The position numbers were made by a program, and so were the translations under genes. A stretch of 64,000 nt of DNA, from positions 96,001 through 160,000 of the IMG/VR virus record IMGVR_UViG_3300034283_002790, one strand, 5' to 3'. The stretch comes from a virus. Under the pieces are notes generated by a model. It was not told the DNA's origin, made no database searches, and saw only the letters and a list, made by a program, of their open reading frames with translations. Of the stretch, positions 9,078 to 19,582 are shown one piece after another. Every line of letters begins with the position of its first letter. Positions within the stretch are counted from its first letter, which is position 1.

Positions 9078-9934
9078 CCAAAAACTATTTCACCCATAAC
9101 ACACAATTGTAAAAAAACATCAGCATCTCCAGCATCTGCCTGCTCTAATAGTATGTTTTCCCAGATTTCAGGGTATTCTGTTTTTATTACTGATATTGAG
9201 TCCAAGATTTTATCCATGTCAACATATCCTAAATATGTTTCATCAATATCTTCATCAAATCTTTTTTGATCAATAATATCACCTTCTATTTTATATTCCC
9301 CTCTATTAAAATTACGAATTACCTCAGATCTTAATTCATCATCATAAAAATAAACTTTGTTTCCTTGTAAGATATATTCTCCAACGGCTTCAGATATAAA
9401 CTGCCCATAACTTTTTATATTATCAGGTAAGTCCATATAATACCAGTAGTTAGATCCACCCTCTAAAGCAGTAACAAATAGATCTATTATATCTTCTTTA
9501 GTAAGTTTTCTATTAAGTGCTTCTTCTCGATATCTGTTATATCTAAACGCAAACCCAACACCTCCAGCACTATATAAATGCCACTGCATTTTTTTTTGTT
9601 TCCAATCTTCAAAATTGAAATTCTCAAGCCCATTTTTTAGTTTCTCTAATTCTTTTTTCTTTGGTTTGATGAAGTCTTGTATAATAAAATCTTTTACACT
9701 GTCATGTAAATCGGAAATGTTAGAAAAATCAAAATTTGAATATAAATCTACCTGTTTTTGTAATTCCTGTATATTATTTTTTAGTCTTTCAAGATCATCC
9801 TTAACTTCTTCCTCAACGATTTTCTCAACTTCACGCATTTCGTCATCAGTAAGACCATATTCATTCAATTGATCATCTTCTTTCAATATTAACCTAATTT
9901 TTTTGAGTTGGGATTCTGTTATTATTATTTTCAT
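9074..9934 (-). CDS. Leader-bearing conserved phage protein
   Basis: MKIIITESQL...ILKE; ALEGGSNYW...DADVFLQLCVMGEIVFG. Confidence 0.7.
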   Translation of the reverse strand: MKIIITESQLKKIRLILKEDDQLNEYGLTDDEMREVEKIVEEEVKDDLERLKNNIQELQKQVDLYSNFDFSNISDLHDSVKDFIIQDFIKPKKKELEKLKNGLENFNFEDWKQKKMQWHLYSAGGVGFAFRYNRYREEALNRKLTKEDIIDLFVTALEGGSNYWYYMDLPDNIKSYGQFISEAVGEYILQGNKVYFYDDELRSEVIRNFNRGEYKIEGDIIDQKRFDEDIDETYLGYVDMDKILDSISVIKTEYPEIWENILLEQADAGDADVFLQLCVMGEIVFG

Positions 9935-9947
9935 AGTGAAAAAGTTT

Positions 9948-10520
9948 TTATAATTGTGGAATTACCACTTCTTCAATCCATGTAGTTAGTTCATCCCATA
10001 AAGATCCCATTTCTTCTTCCAAAGAAATATAATTCTCTGGTTCATACAATAAATAATCCGATTCTTCATCATTAGGTAACAATCCATAATGAGTACCTAC
10101 AAGATTCCCATCATAGTCAACTTCAATATAACCATCCCAGTTTTCATCATCCCATCGTATTGATGATTCGTATTCAATATATTTATCAAATGATTTTGGT
10201 ACATCATTTGTCACGAATTCAACAGGACCTAAATTTTGTAATTCACCATTTATGACTATTTGTTTGTGGTTATCTCTTAAGTCCAATGCGGCTTTTATTT
10301 TTTTACCAACCTCTTGGTCACCCACATCATCATCGTCTTCGTATTTGAATTCGTTTTTTTGTCCACTCTGTAACCATTGACTATAATCACTTAGTATTGT
10401 TTTTTCTTTGTCGTCAAGACCATCATACCCAACCTCTGACATTTTATCAATAATTTGATTAATTACTGGAATATTTTCTAGAAGAAATTTATATTGGGAT
10501 TCGGAAACTATTATTTTCAT
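9948..10520 (-). CDS. Leader-bearing protein, paralog of 8505..9077
   Basis: MKIIVSESQYKFLLE; INQIIDKMSEVGYDGLDDKEKTIL. Confidence 0.65.
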   Translation of the reverse strand: MKIIVSESQYKFLLENIPVINQIIDKMSEVGYDGLDDKEKTILSDYSQWLQSGQKNEFKYEDDDDVGDQEVGKKIKAALDLRDNHKQIVINGELQNLGPVEFVTNDVPKSFDKYIEYESSIRWDDENWDGYIEVDYDGNLVGTHYGLLPNDEESDYLLYEPENYISLEEEMGSLWDELTTWIEEVVIPQL

Positions 10521-10529
10521 ATACTTTTT

Positions 10530-10979
10530 TTATATATCTAATTTAACCCAATTACCTTCTTTGGATTTGATCATAACATCATTCTTATCGGTAGTTTTGA
10601 CCGCCTGAACACTTCCATCTTTAAAATATATAAATTCGCGATTTTTCAAATCCGGAAATTGTTTTATCCATAATTGTTCTTGTTGGCGTTTTTTATCATC
10701 TCTTCGGTTTAATGCCATTTTTACCCCCAAAACAATTCCGCCAATAGCAGGAATTATGATGCCCGCTAATGGACCCGGACAAAATTCACACTCCCCTTCA
10801 ATGACTGAACCACTTTCAACTTTTGGACATAAACCTTGAGACCAACATGGATTATTTTTGAGGGTAGTCCCTGCTTGAGACTTCAAAATGGATATTTTAT
10901 TTTCCGATTCGGTATTTTCTTTGATTATCTTTTTTATAAGATTGACAAGTTGAGATTCGGAAAGTCTTATTTGTTTCAT
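10530..10979 (-). CDS. Leader-bearing membrane protein
   Basis: MKQIRLSESQLVNLIKKIIKE; TM segment LAGIIIPAIGGIVLGV. Confidence 0.7.
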   Translation of the reverse strand: MKQIRLSESQLVNLIKKIIKENTESENKISILKSQAGTTLKNNPCWSQGLCPKVESGSVIEGECEFCPGPLAGIIIPAIGGIVLGVKMALNRRDDKKRQQEQLWIKQFPDLKNREFIYFKDGSVQAVKTTDKNDVMIKSKEGNWVKLDI

Positions 10980-11028
10980 TATTATTATTATTATTTACAA
11001 TAATAAATATCCCTAAATACAAAAAATA

Positions 11029-11181
11029 CTAATCAAGTTTATCTAATTGATTCGATAACCAAGAACCCACCCAGGAACCTATTTGGTAACACCCGATAAG
11101 ATAAATTAGAAAATTTGGTAAAATAAAAAATAATAGAATAATTGTGACGATTGCCGCAACATAAATAGACAGTTTATTCAT
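11029..11181 (-). CDS. Small membrane protein (50 aa, not in the ORF track)
   Basis: Manual translation MNKLSIYVAAIVTIILLFFILPNFLIYLIG... Confidence 0.5.
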   Translation of the reverse strand: MNKLSIYVAAIVTIILLFFILPNFLIYLIGCYQIGSWVGSWLSNQLDKLD

Positions 11182-11194
11182 TTAAGATTACTTT

Positions 11195-11374
11195 TTATAA
11201 TCTTGATGCCGACTCAGTTATATGTCTAAGTTTAGTCTCTAATTCTCTGACTTGTCGTAATTGAATCTCATTCAAGTTAATAGATTCCCCTTTGATTGAT
11301 GAAATTCTATTTTGAATTCTTGTGTATTCAAACATGAGTCTTTCATATTCTTTTGCTTTTTGTTCGTTATTCAT
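11195..11374 (-). CDS. Small helical protein (59 aa, not in the ORF track)
   Basis: Manual translation MNNEQKAKEYERLMFEYTRIQNRISSIKGE... Confidence 0.55.
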   Translation of the reverse strand: MNNEQKAKEYERLMFEYTRIQNRISSIKGESINLNEIQLRQVRELETKLRHITESASRL

Positions 11375-11385
11375 ATATGTATTAA

Positions 11386-11808
11386 TTAATTATCAAATAA
11401 ATTGCTGTCACAAATAATCGGGTCGTCAAAAACCTCATAACGACCAAATCTTTGAGTACTTTCTACAACATCCGAAAGTCTACCATCCCCTTTATCCATA
11501 ATGTCTTGTATTTTTTCTGATAAGGGTTCCAAGTACTTACAAACAAGATCATTAGCCCCTTGAAAGGTTCTTGATTTAAGTTCTGAAAATACAAACCTTA
11601 TGGAATCTTCACCTAAAAAATTGTCATTACAAATCAAAAGAGGGTTGTAATGTCTACCCTCAGTATCTTCTTGATAACCAATTTTAAGTTTACAGAAATT
11701 GTCACCCCTCTCAAAAGTTATATCTTGAGTTGAAAATTTGTTTTCTGTCAAAGGTTTTACATTCCCAACAGATGACTCTAAAAGTTGTTTGAACCTACTT
11801 TTATTCAT
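11386..11808 (-). CDS. Protein with RFKQLLES..G.VKPL leader
   Basis: Leader shared with 20030..21244 and 27727..28074. Confidence 0.7.
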   Translation of the reverse strand: MNKSRFKQLLESSVGNVKPLTENKFSTQDITFERGDNFCKLKIGYQEDTEGRHYNPLLICNDNFLGEDSIRFVFSELKSRTFQGANDLVCKYLEPLSEKIQDIMDKGDGRLSDVVESTQRFGRYEVFDDPIICDSNLFDN

Positions 11809-11909
11809 ATAATTAATTATAATAAAATAATGAAAATAGAAAATCTAATTCTGTTATAAATATTAAAAAAAACATTTACAAACAATAATGAATAAAATTT
11901 TTTAAAAAT

Positions 11910-12470
11910 TTATTCCTCACAATCGGCATTATGATAGGTATTGTAAGTTTTTTTTGAAAATAATGAGGACAGATAACTTTGAACTTCATTAAATTCTGAA
12001 CCATTGATTTTCAGATCCCCATAAGTGTATAAAAAATCAGATAGAATTTTATTAAACAATATTCTTTTATATTGTTCATATCTGGGATAAGTACATGGGT
12101 CGAAATCAGGATCTTTTGATGATTTTTCAAAAATGTCTATCAATATTGATTCTCTTCTTTTGATATGATTAAGAGAAATTATTTTTCTTGATGATTCGGT
12201 GACTATTTTTTGATCACAATCAACATCTTTCTTATATACGGCCATAGTAATTTTAAAAATGTCATGAACTTGTTCCCAACATTCGTTTAGACAATCATCT
12301 TTATGGGAAGAACCTAAATTTGAATTATCAAAATATACTATTAGATGAAGAGAGTTAAGTTCGAAGATATCATCTTTTATTTGTTCTACCTTAATAAAAC
12401 AAACTTTTGGATAACGAATTAAAACATTCTTCTCCAAAAAATTTTTTATAATCAGTGATATCGGCTCCAA
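11910..12470 (-). CDS. Hypothetical protein
   Basis: 186 aa ORF. Confidence 0.6.
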   Translation of the reverse strand: MEPISLIIKNFLEKNVLIRYPKVCFIKVEQIKDDIFELNSLHLIVYFDNSNLGSSHKDDCLNECWEQVHDIFKITMAVYKKDVDCDQKIVTESSRKIISLNHIKRRESILIDIFEKSSKDPDFDPCTYPRYEQYKRILFNKILSDFLYTYGDLKINGSEFNEVQSYLSSLFSKKTYNTYHNADCEE

Positions 12471-12475
12471 AACTA

Positions 12476-12913
12476 TTAATCGAATTTTTTGTGCATAAAT
12501 CTACCACCTTCTGGCATTCTTCCTTCTTCTTTTTTATTGGCAAACTTAAAAAAACTTAGAACCGAACGAATCCCAACCTCCAAATTATCCTCAAAAGTTC
12601 CGTTATGTTTTGGTACACTCACAAACAATACTTGATCGTCTTTTGATCTTGCTCTTCTTGGTTGAATGACATATCTACCATCTGAATTAACCGTGATTTG
12701 TAGGTCTTCTCCTGGTTTTCTTACCTCAATAAAATCATTCATCAAACCACTTATTTTAGCGTCTATACCATTATTAATTAATTCTTTTTCTAATTTACGT
12801 AGATTGTTTGGTGGTACATCCCTATATTTGACAACTTGATTTTCACTTTCTATAATCACTTGTTTTACAATTTTTTCTAAATCCCTTTCTGTTAACTTTA
12901 TAATTTTTTTCAT
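12476..12913 (-). CDS. Protein with MKKIIKLTE leader
   Basis: MKKIIKLTERDLEKIVKQVIIE. Confidence 0.75.
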   Translation of the reverse strand: MKKIIKLTERDLEKIVKQVIIESENQVVKYRDVPPNNLRKLEKELINNGIDAKISGLMNDFIEVRKPGEDLQITVNSDGRYVIQPRRARSKDDQVLFVSVPKHNGTFEDNLEVGIRSVLSFFKFANKKEEGRMPEGGRFMHKKFD

Positions 12914-12948
12914 TTTTTTTTATAATAAATATACGAATTTATTCAAAT

Positions 12949-12975
12949 AAAAAACCCCATTAATTAAATGGGGTT
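12949..12975 (-). terminator. Intrinsic terminator
   Basis: AACCCCAT-TTAATTA-ATGGGGTT followed by a T tract. Confidence 0.7.
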
Positions 12976-12997
12976 AAATAATTCTATAAAATATAAA

Positions 12998-13174
12998 TTA
13001 TTTTTCAAGGGATGATTTGTTGTCAGATGCATTTTGAGTTGAATCATCATTTCCAGTAGTATCTGTTGTAGTGGTGTTTTGAGTTGACTCAGTTTTTGAG
13101 TTTTCTGAACCACAAGAACTAACTAGAATTGTGAAAATCATGGTCAAAAGACCTGACAAAACTAACATTTTCAT
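12998..13174 (-). CDS. Small lipoprotein
   Basis: MKMLVLSGLLTMIFTILVSSC lipobox; low-complexity T/S/N tail. Confidence 0.6.
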   Translation of the reverse strand: MKMLVLSGLLTMIFTILVSSCGSENSKTESTQNTTTTDTTGNDDSTQNASDNKSSLEK

Positions 13175-13256
13175 AAATAAAAAATTAATTGGTTTATTTG
13201 TTAACAAATATTAACAAATATAAATATAATAATCAATAGTGTTTATGATTTTATTT

Positions 13257-13643
13257 TCAATAAAAGTCATCTTCCCAAAACAGATCAATAATTTTGGAAA
13301 ATTTTAACCCCAACGCAAAAAACTTTTCTAACTTGGGTATTTCATATAAATTATATATAAATCCATTTTCACTAATAATCCACTCCTGATCAAGTCTATT
13401 CTGATATAAAAATTTTTCACCCTCAATATCAATCAAAAACATTGGACCATAAAAATTTAACATACTTCTTGTATATTCTGGAGGTGAAACTCTGCTTAAT
13501 TCAAGTGGTATATCATAGGATGATTGAATTATTGAGATTTTATTTGTAAAATCTAAACCATTTTTTATTAAAAAGTTTTTGAGAAATTCGTCTTGGGACT
13601 CAACTAATAATTTTTTTTGTTTCGGATTAATAATTATTTTCAT
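13257..13643 (-). CDS. Leader-bearing hypothetical protein
   Basis: MKIIINPKQKKLLVE. Confidence 0.65.
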   Translation of the reverse strand: MKIIINPKQKKLLVESQDEFLKNFLIKNGLDFTNKISIIQSSYDIPLELSRVSPPEYTRSMLNFYGPMFLIDIEGEKFLYQNRLDQEWIISENGFIYNLYEIPKLEKFFALGLKFSKIIDLFWEDDFY

Positions 13644-13686
13644 AATGGTTATTCTTTATCAATAATCACGGTTTGGATTTTAGTTG

Positions 13687-14145
13687 TTATAGTTGAAAAT
13701 CTGAAGGGTCTATATCGCAATCATTTTCAACAAGAAGACCTTTCAATATATTTAAAGATTCGTCAAATAAATGACCCAATTCCAATAACTCAATTTCAAT
13801 CTCATACTCACCCATATATTCGTTGTAAAGTTGAATTATTTCATTTAAAAATTCATACCCTTGTTCGCATAAATCATCCTCACTTGAGGTTGACCTAAGC
13901 ATTTCTATATCTGAATTTATCAAAGATAATTCACTTGTGAGTTCGTCTTCCAATTTCAAAAAATCATCCCTGTATTTTTCTATACTCCTCATAGTGTTAA
14001 TATCCCCTTTTGTGGATAAAATATTAATCACATAGTTAAACATATCTTCTACACTATACACATCTTCTATATTCTGACTTTCTTTGATTGTTTTTTTTAC
14101 AACTCTAATTAAATCTGATTCTGTCAATCTTATTACTTTTTTCAT
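13687..14145 (-). CDS. Leader-bearing acidic protein
   Basis: MKKVIRLTESDLIRVVKKTIKE. Confidence 0.75.
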   Translation of the reverse strand: MKKVIRLTESDLIRVVKKTIKESQNIEDVYSVEDMFNYVINILSTKGDINTMRSIEKYRDDFLKLEDELTSELSLINSDIEMLRSTSSEDDLCEQGYEFLNEIIQLYNEYMGEYEIEIELLELGHLFDESLNILKGLLVENDCDIDPSDFQL

Positions 14146-14167
14146 GTCATTGTTTTTATTATAAATA

Positions 14168-14743
14168 CTAAAATTTTATATTAAAATTTGTGGCACCTAG
14201 TTTATTTAATTGATTCATATATTTTTTTTTATCTTCAGTGGATGGTACTTCGTAAGTGTTTAAAAGTTGCCTACCATATTTTTTGAGGAATTTCAAATCC
14301 CCACCCTTTTGATTTGTAAATTCTGAAGTAAATTGAATGTGATAATAGTCCCATCCCCATGAAAGCCCATACGATTCAAACCCCATTTTTTGGGCAATTT
14401 GTAACATCTCATCTGTTGGTCTATCCCATTTGGTTCCATTCCAATGATAAACATCAACTGCATGACCATAATTATGAATTCCTAAACCCCCAGGAACCTT
14501 GCTTGTTCCTCTATCGAAAAAAATTTCTTGTTTTTCGAAATCTCTATAACTTTCTGATATCTTAAAAATAATTCCCTTCGATTTCCAATAGTCAAAAAGT
14601 TCTTTAAATTGTTTTTGGACATATGGGTGAAGTTTTTTTAGATGTTCATTTATAGAAGAATCCATTTCCTGGCTGTAAGAACTTTCTGATGAAATTTCTT
14701 CAACAAGATATTTGAATTGTGATTTAGAAATAACAAATTTCAT
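14168..14743 (-). CDS. M15-family peptidoglycan endopeptidase (L-Ala-D-Glu/CwlK-like) with leader
   Basis: ESYR...Q, HNYGHAVD, WDYYHIQ zinc motifs. Confidence 0.8.
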   Translation of the reverse strand: MKFVISKSQFKYLVEEISSESSYSQEMDSSINEHLKKLHPYVQKQFKELFDYWKSKGIIFKISESYRDFEKQEIFFDRGTSKVPGGLGIHNYGHAVDVYHWNGTKWDRPTDEMLQIAQKMGFESYGLSWGWDYYHIQFTSEFTNQKGGDLKFLKKYGRQLLNTYEVPSTEDKKKYMNQLNKLGATNFNIKF

Positions 14744-14787
14744 ATATCATAAATACACCCTATGAATGATTTACTTACTATAGAAGG

Positions 14788-15681
14788 TTAACCTATATAA
14801 AATAAGTGCCAGGGTTCTGGACCCCTTACCTTTCCTCTTGTTGTTGATTCGGTGTAAGTAACTTCAAGATTATATTTTGACGCATTATTTCTTATGCAAG
14901 ATTTGACATTAGGTCTTGAATTCCACCACTCAGGGTCAGTTGAAAATATATCAAATGCCTTTCCTGTGTGGTGTTGGCTAAACCCAGGAAGGGCATTCCA
15001 TTTTTGAGTATCGTCAACACCCCTAGATTGTGCCTTTTTTCCAAAATTATCGATTTGGGAGGTATAACTTCTATAATGAGATACAATATTCTGTACCGAC
15101 CCAATTTCATTCGAATATTTACCTCTACAAAATTTAATTAACTTCAAAACTGAAGACTCCGCTTCTTTATTAATCCCACCACCATCTTCTCTTGTCGTAC
15201 CTTCTTGATCTAATTCTTTTTGTATGTGATCAGCGGTAATTTTCAGATTATATTTTTTAGACATTCGTGAAATTAAGTCGTCAACTTCTTTGTTTTTTGT
15301 GGATGAAGAACTAGATGGTTTTGAAGTTTTTGTTTCTGGAAAATCTTCCACTTCTTCTTCATCATCCTCTGGTTTGACTAATGGTTCTGGTTTCTCTTTA
15401 TGGGTATTTTTTTTACCTTCAGTCTTTGAATCTCCGGGTCTCCAACCCTCACAAAATTTATTTCTAAGTTCCGTGTTTTCAGAATGTGTTCCAGATGATC
15501 CATATTCTTGTCGAACCTTCTTCCAGGATAAACCGGCTTTAGTCACAACATTATATGGTATGTCTTTTTTACATGCAGACATACTACTATATCCTTCATG
15601 CTCCTCACCTGAGAAACCTTCGGTCAAGTAATACATGTTAAGAATTTCCCTTTTTTCAGACTCAGATATAGTAAATCTCAT
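14788..15681 (-). CDS. VanY-like M15B D,D-carboxypeptidase with leader
   Basis: YRSYTSQ, ALPGFSQHHTGKAFD, EPWHL. Confidence 0.8.
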   Translation of the reverse strand: MRFTISESEKREILNMYYLTEGFSGEEHEGYSSMSACKKDIPYNVVTKAGLSWKKVRQEYGSSGTHSENTELRNKFCEGWRPGDSKTEGKKNTHKEKPEPLVKPEDDEEEVEDFPETKTSKPSSSSSTKNKEVDDLISRMSKKYNLKITADHIQKELDQEGTTREDGGGINKEAESSVLKLIKFCRGKYSNEIGSVQNIVSHYRSYTSQIDNFGKKAQSRGVDDTQKWNALPGFSQHHTGKAFDIFSTDPEWWNSRPNVKSCIRNNASKYNLEVTYTESTTRGKVRGPEPWHLFYIG

Positions 15682-15778
15682 AATAGTTGGGTATTGGGTT
15701 TTTTTACTTATTTAACTCTAGGAACTATTTTTTTAATCAATGAAATCAATTGTGATTCACTTAGTCTAATTTGTTTTT

Positions 15779-16354
15779 TCATAGCGTTTTAGTCAAATTA
15801 AAATTGGGTATTATTGTCCCAACCGGAAAAGGGGAACCTTCAGGTGCTTGAGTAATTGAGGTTTGTCCTGGGTGAACCCTGACCGATTTACGTAAAGGGA
15901 CTGCCATTTCGTTAAGTGGACCAAAACATTCGGCTAAATCAACCCCATTTACATTTTTAAATATTCTACATGGCATACAAAACATATTACTCATTTGATT
16001 ACTTTCTCCTTCACCTATTACAAATGAACGATTAACCGTTGGTAATGTTTCCCAAGTGGGTGCTTGTGGAACTTCATCGTAATACCAAAAAAATGACCAA
16101 ACAGTATTTTCTGTTCCATCGGGAGTGATAGATGGATCAGAAACCAATTCGATATTTGCAATTGAGGTTCCATTCATGACTGGACAAACCGATCTTCCTT
16201 CTCTGAATTTGTTTCCTTGTACTTCGATTATTTTTCCAGTTGGTTTCGCACCTGACGCACCACAAAAAGCAAACTTACCGTTGTATATTCTCAATGCGTG
16301 GTCAATTGAATTTTTTTTAGTTGTTTTTTTAAAAAAAGAAAATAAATTTTTCAT
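15779..16354 (-). CDS. Cys-rich hypothetical protein
   Basis: 191 aa with several Cys residues; TATTTAT upstream. Confidence 0.65.
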   Translation of the reverse strand: MKNLFSFFKKTTKKNSIDHALRIYNGKFAFCGASGAKPTGKIIEVQGNKFREGRSVCPVMNGTSIANIELVSDPSITPDGTENTVWSFFWYYDEVPQAPTWETLPTVNRSFVIGEGESNQMSNMFCMPCRIFKNVNGVDLAECFGPLNEMAVPLRKSVRVHPGQTSITQAPEGSPFPVGTIIPNFNLTKTL

Positions 16355-16384
16355 ATGTAATTATAAATATTAACAAAAACCTAT

Positions 16385-16894
16385 TTAACCATTTGCCAGG
16401 TCAAATCCAGTTGTAAATTCTTCCTCCGTCACACCAAGAACTTTATTTTTTTCACCCCCGACAGGAATACCAGTTTCCATGTTTATTATTGATCTTGCAA
16501 TTTGTTTACCATATTTATCCCAAGTTAATAGATCGGTTGTTTTTACCCCAATTTGATTTGCAACAAATGACGCATAATTGTTTGGATCATTTGACCCATG
16601 ACCAGATGGTGCATATTTTTTAAATAACTTAATTAAACTCGTGGAAGTTAATCCTTTTCCAAAATAAGTATTTTTTAAATTTTTGACACCGGCCCTTACA
16701 CCATACTTCATTTCTTTGAACTTGAGTTTTCCATTTACGTCACCGTTCAAACCATCCCAATCGTCCGGGGGGTTTTGAATAAGTGCCATAGGATTTTTAT
16801 AAGTAATTGCCCAACCTCCGGTGGATCCGGCAATAGATGTTTGGTCCTCTTTTATGATTTCTAAGATTCTTTGTATATTTTCTTGTAGGTTCAT
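16385..16894 (-). CDS. Lysozyme-like virion protein with MNLQE leader
   Basis: NP..L...YGVRAG..L..Y...I..F.KYAP....NDPNNY...VA..IGV...I..METG pattern. Confidence 0.55.
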   Translation of the reverse strand: MNLQENIQRILEIIKEDQTSIAGSTGGWAITYKNPMALIQNPPDDWDGLNGDVNGKLKFKEMKYGVRAGVKNLKNTYFGKGLTSTSLIKLFKKYAPSGHGSNDPNNYASFVANQIGVKTTDLLTWDKYGKQIARSIINMETGIPVGGEKNKVLGVTEEEFTTGFDLANG

Positions 16895-16923
16895 ATTAAT
16901 AAATATTGTAGGATCAAAGAAAT

Positions 16924-17811
16924 TTAACTCGATTTACTATCAAGTTCTGATCCGATGGTTTTATAGATTGGTTTATTACCATGGGGTTCTATTTTTCCAA
17001 TTGGGGGATCAATTACCTCAACTCCCTGATCTTTAAATTTTTGGTAATATTTTTTGACTTTTTCTTCTTTAATATTTTTTAATCCACCCCAACCCCATGA
17101 TCCTTGGATTGCAAATAAATTCGCTCTAGGAAATTTATTTCTAAGTTCTGAAACTAAACCTGGGATATTATCTTTGGAACTAAAAGCACCATTTGTCCCA
17201 ATACAAATTGCAATATTTTTTACTTTTTTTGATCCGGGATGATTTTCTACCGCATCTAATAACCAATTCAATCCCATACCCCCCAACCACAATGAACGTT
17301 TGGATCCTTTGTCTGATATCAGACTAAACTTCGAACTACCGTTAGCAACATATGGTGTTTGTGAATCACCAATAACGATATTGCTTTTAATATTTTTATC
17401 ATCTAGGATTGTCTCCGTTTTGTCTTTTTTGATATTTAATAAATCTGTATTTTCAAAGTTTTTATTAACTAGTTCTTCTACTATTTTTTGAAGAACTTCT
17501 TTTGTAACAACACCTGTAACTTCCATGGAGTTTTCTTCCTGGAAGTTTTCAACCGAAATTTCAGTTTCCGGACCAAATTTTCCGTCTACACCCCATTTGG
17601 GTAGCGAAAACCCAAGAAATTGTAATGCGATTTGTATCATTTCAACTCTTTTATCATATGGTATTGGTGTTGATTTTCTTTCTAAGGTACTATTTTCATC
17701 AATTAATTTTTGTAAACCCGTTACAACAATACTATCTTTTTTAGAAATTCCCATAAGATCTTTAATCCTGTCGATCTCTTCACCGATAATTTTTAGATTG
17801 GGATTCCTCAT
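16924..17811 (-). CDS. Peptidoglycan-binding plus SGNH-hydrolase-like protein
   Basis: IQIALQFLG...VDGKFGPETE.SVENFQ; VIGDSQ, IGTNG, terminal H. Confidence 0.7.
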   Translation of the reverse strand: MRNPNLKIIGEEIDRIKDLMGISKKDSIVVTGLQKLIDENSTLERKSTPIPYDKRVEMIQIALQFLGFSLPKWGVDGKFGPETEISVENFQEENSMEVTGVVTKEVLQKIVEELVNKNFENTDLLNIKKDKTETILDDKNIKSNIVIGDSQTPYVANGSSKFSLISDKGSKRSLWLGGMGLNWLLDAVENHPGSKKVKNIAICIGTNGAFSSKDNIPGLVSELRNKFPRANLFAIQGSWGWGGLKNIKEEKVKKYYQKFKDQGVEVIDPPIGKIEPHGNKPIYKTIGSELDSKSS

Positions 17812-17819
17812 ATAATAAC

Positions 17820-18143
17820 TTAAAAGTCGTATAAATTATCGATGTCAACACAATTAAAATTACACATTTCACAGTATGATTCATAAATTTCTTGTTTTTT
17901 ATAGTTATCAATAAATTTATCAACCATGGAAATTTTATCACCACTTAAATCAGAATAGTTTTCCTCCAATTCTTTTATTACTTTGAATTTTACTCCTTCC
18001 AGTAAGTCGTCAAAATTAATTTTTTCACAATCTTTTGGGTCTAAATTGTGTTTAAAGTCATCAAGGTGCTTATTTATGACATCATTCATGTATGACATCC
18101 TTCTTAATAAATAATATTGTGATTCGGAAATTAAAATTTTCAT
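17820..18143 (-). CDS. Small leader-bearing protein (MKxxITESQ..RR family)
   Basis: MKILISESQYYLLRR. Confidence 0.7.
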   Translation of the reverse strand: MKILISESQYYLLRRMSYMNDVINKHLDDFKHNLDPKDCEKINFDDLLEGVKFKVIKELEENYSDLSGDKISMVDKFIDNYKKQEIYESYCEMCNFNCVDIDNLYDF

Positions 18144-18145
18144 TT

Positions 18146-18478
18146 TTACATTAGGGTTTCTTGGTGTCTTTTTTTTAGGTAATCGTAATAATTTGTTTGA
18201 ATAAACCTTTGTAACTGATTTCTGTAAGTTACAAAGTCATCGTTGTCGTCGTCATCTCTTGGATTCATTTCGCTTTTTGCGATTTGATGTGCAATTGTGT
18301 ACGATACAAATGGTATAAATTCATCTAATCCTACTTTATGTGTTCCAAAAGCACCTGGTCCAGTGTCAAAAACTCTATAAATAAATTCATCGTCGTCAAC
18401 ATATTTTTTAAAAAGGTCTTCTATGATACCAACTCTTCTAATAAAATTGTATTGGGACTCGTTGATTACAAATTTCAT
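18146..18478 (-). CDS. Small leader-bearing protein
   Basis: MKFVINESQYNFIRR. Confidence 0.7.
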   Translation of the reverse strand: MKFVINESQYNFIRRVGIIEDLFKKYVDDDEFIYRVFDTGPGAFGTHKVGLDEFIPFVSYTIAHQIAKSEMNPRDDDDNDDFVTYRNQLQRFIQTNYYDYLKKRHQETLM

Positions 18479-18494
18479 ATTCTATAAATATTAA

Positions 18495-18824
18495 TTAAAA
18501 ACGCGAATAACCACATTTACGAACAAAAAGATTTCGAATATAGTTTCCATATTCTTTATTAACAATGTCATACAATATTTGAGTGTCCATATTGGCTCCC
18601 CCAGTTTCACTATCGTCATGAAAAAAATCCCAATTCTGATCAACAAATATTTCAATAGATCTTCCTTTAAGATTATCAAAAAAAGACTCGGGGTTGTTGT
18701 GTTTACACCACCACGGATTATCTTCTTGTTTTTCATATCCTTTAATCTGTTTTTCAACAATATCAATAAACTCTTGGATTCGTCTAAAAATAAATAGTTG
18801 ATTTTCTGTGATAATGACTTTCAT
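18495..18824 (-). CDS. Small leader-bearing protein
   Basis: MKVIITENQLFIFRR. Confidence 0.7.
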   Translation of the reverse strand: MKVIITENQLFIFRRIQEFIDIVEKQIKGYEKQEDNPWWCKHNNPESFFDNLKGRSIEIFVDQNWDFFHDDSETGGANMDTQILYDIVNKEYGNYIRNLFVRKCGYSRF

Positions 18825-18825
18825 A

Positions 18826-19077
18826 TTAACTAATTAAATCTTCAAAATTTTTTTCAATGAATCGTCGTAACTTATCAAAATTTTTTTTATTGTTCTCAAT
18901 GTCAGTATCGGAATCATTTAAATATGTCCATGGGGAGTGATCTATTGTCATATCTTTTGCATCATATGGTGAGTGTCCTCTTTTCAATAAATAATTATAG
19001 TCATCACTAACCCAATCTTTAATTTCTTGGTATCTTCTAATAAATTGAAATTGAGATTCTGTTATAACAATCTTCAT
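18826..19077 (-). CDS. Small leader-bearing protein
   Basis: MKIVITESQFQFIRR. Confidence 0.7.
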   Translation of the reverse strand: MKIVITESQFQFIRRYQEIKDWVSDDYNYLLKRGHSPYDAKDMTIDHSPWTYLNDSDTDIENNKKNFDKLRRFIEKNFEDLIS

Positions 19078-19099
19078 ATATTATAAATATATGAAAAAC

Positions 19100-19133
19100 A
19101 AAAACCCCCACTTGATGAGGTGGGGGAGTTTTT
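19100..19133 (-). terminator. Intrinsic terminator
   Basis: CCCCCAC-CTCATCAA-GTGGGGG followed by a T tract; near-identical to 25359-25388. Confidence 0.7.
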
Positions 19134-19147
19134 AAACTTAGATACAA

Positions 19148-19579
19148 TTAAGATTTTCCGGATATATAGTCGTCAAAGTTCACTTTTAATTCATTAAAGT
19201 ATTTTTCATACAAGTATTCTTCCAATTCATCTCTAACTTCATATGCCGATTCTGGGGGTAAGTTATTTTCGTTTTTTTCTGTTTCTTCATCTTCATCCCA
19301 ACTATCACCCCAATCATCATCATCGTCATCAGTGTATCCTTCACCACCGAAATAAAAACCAACTGCAGTATAAATACAAAATTCGGCAAACTCATCCCCA
19401 TCATCAAAATTTTCTACTTCTTGAATTGACTCTTGAAAATAAATCATTTCTTCGAGTTTTTCTAGATCAACCCCTCGTCTTTTAAAAAAGTTTTCCTCAC
19501 TTTTTAAATTATTATTTTCAATGGATTCTTTGATGAGTCGGATCAATTGAGTTTCAGTTAATCTTATAACTTTTTTCAT
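19148..19579 (-). CDS. Leader-bearing acidic protein
   Basis: MKKVIRLTETQLIRLIKE. Confidence 0.75.
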   Translation of the reverse strand: MKKVIRLTETQLIRLIKESIENNNLKSEENFFKRRGVDLEKLEEMIYFQESIQEVENFDDGDEFAEFCIYTAVGFYFGGEGYTDDDDDDWGDSWDEDEETEKNENNLPPESAYEVRDELEEYLYEKYFNELKVNFDDYISGKS

Positions 19580-19582
19580 AAA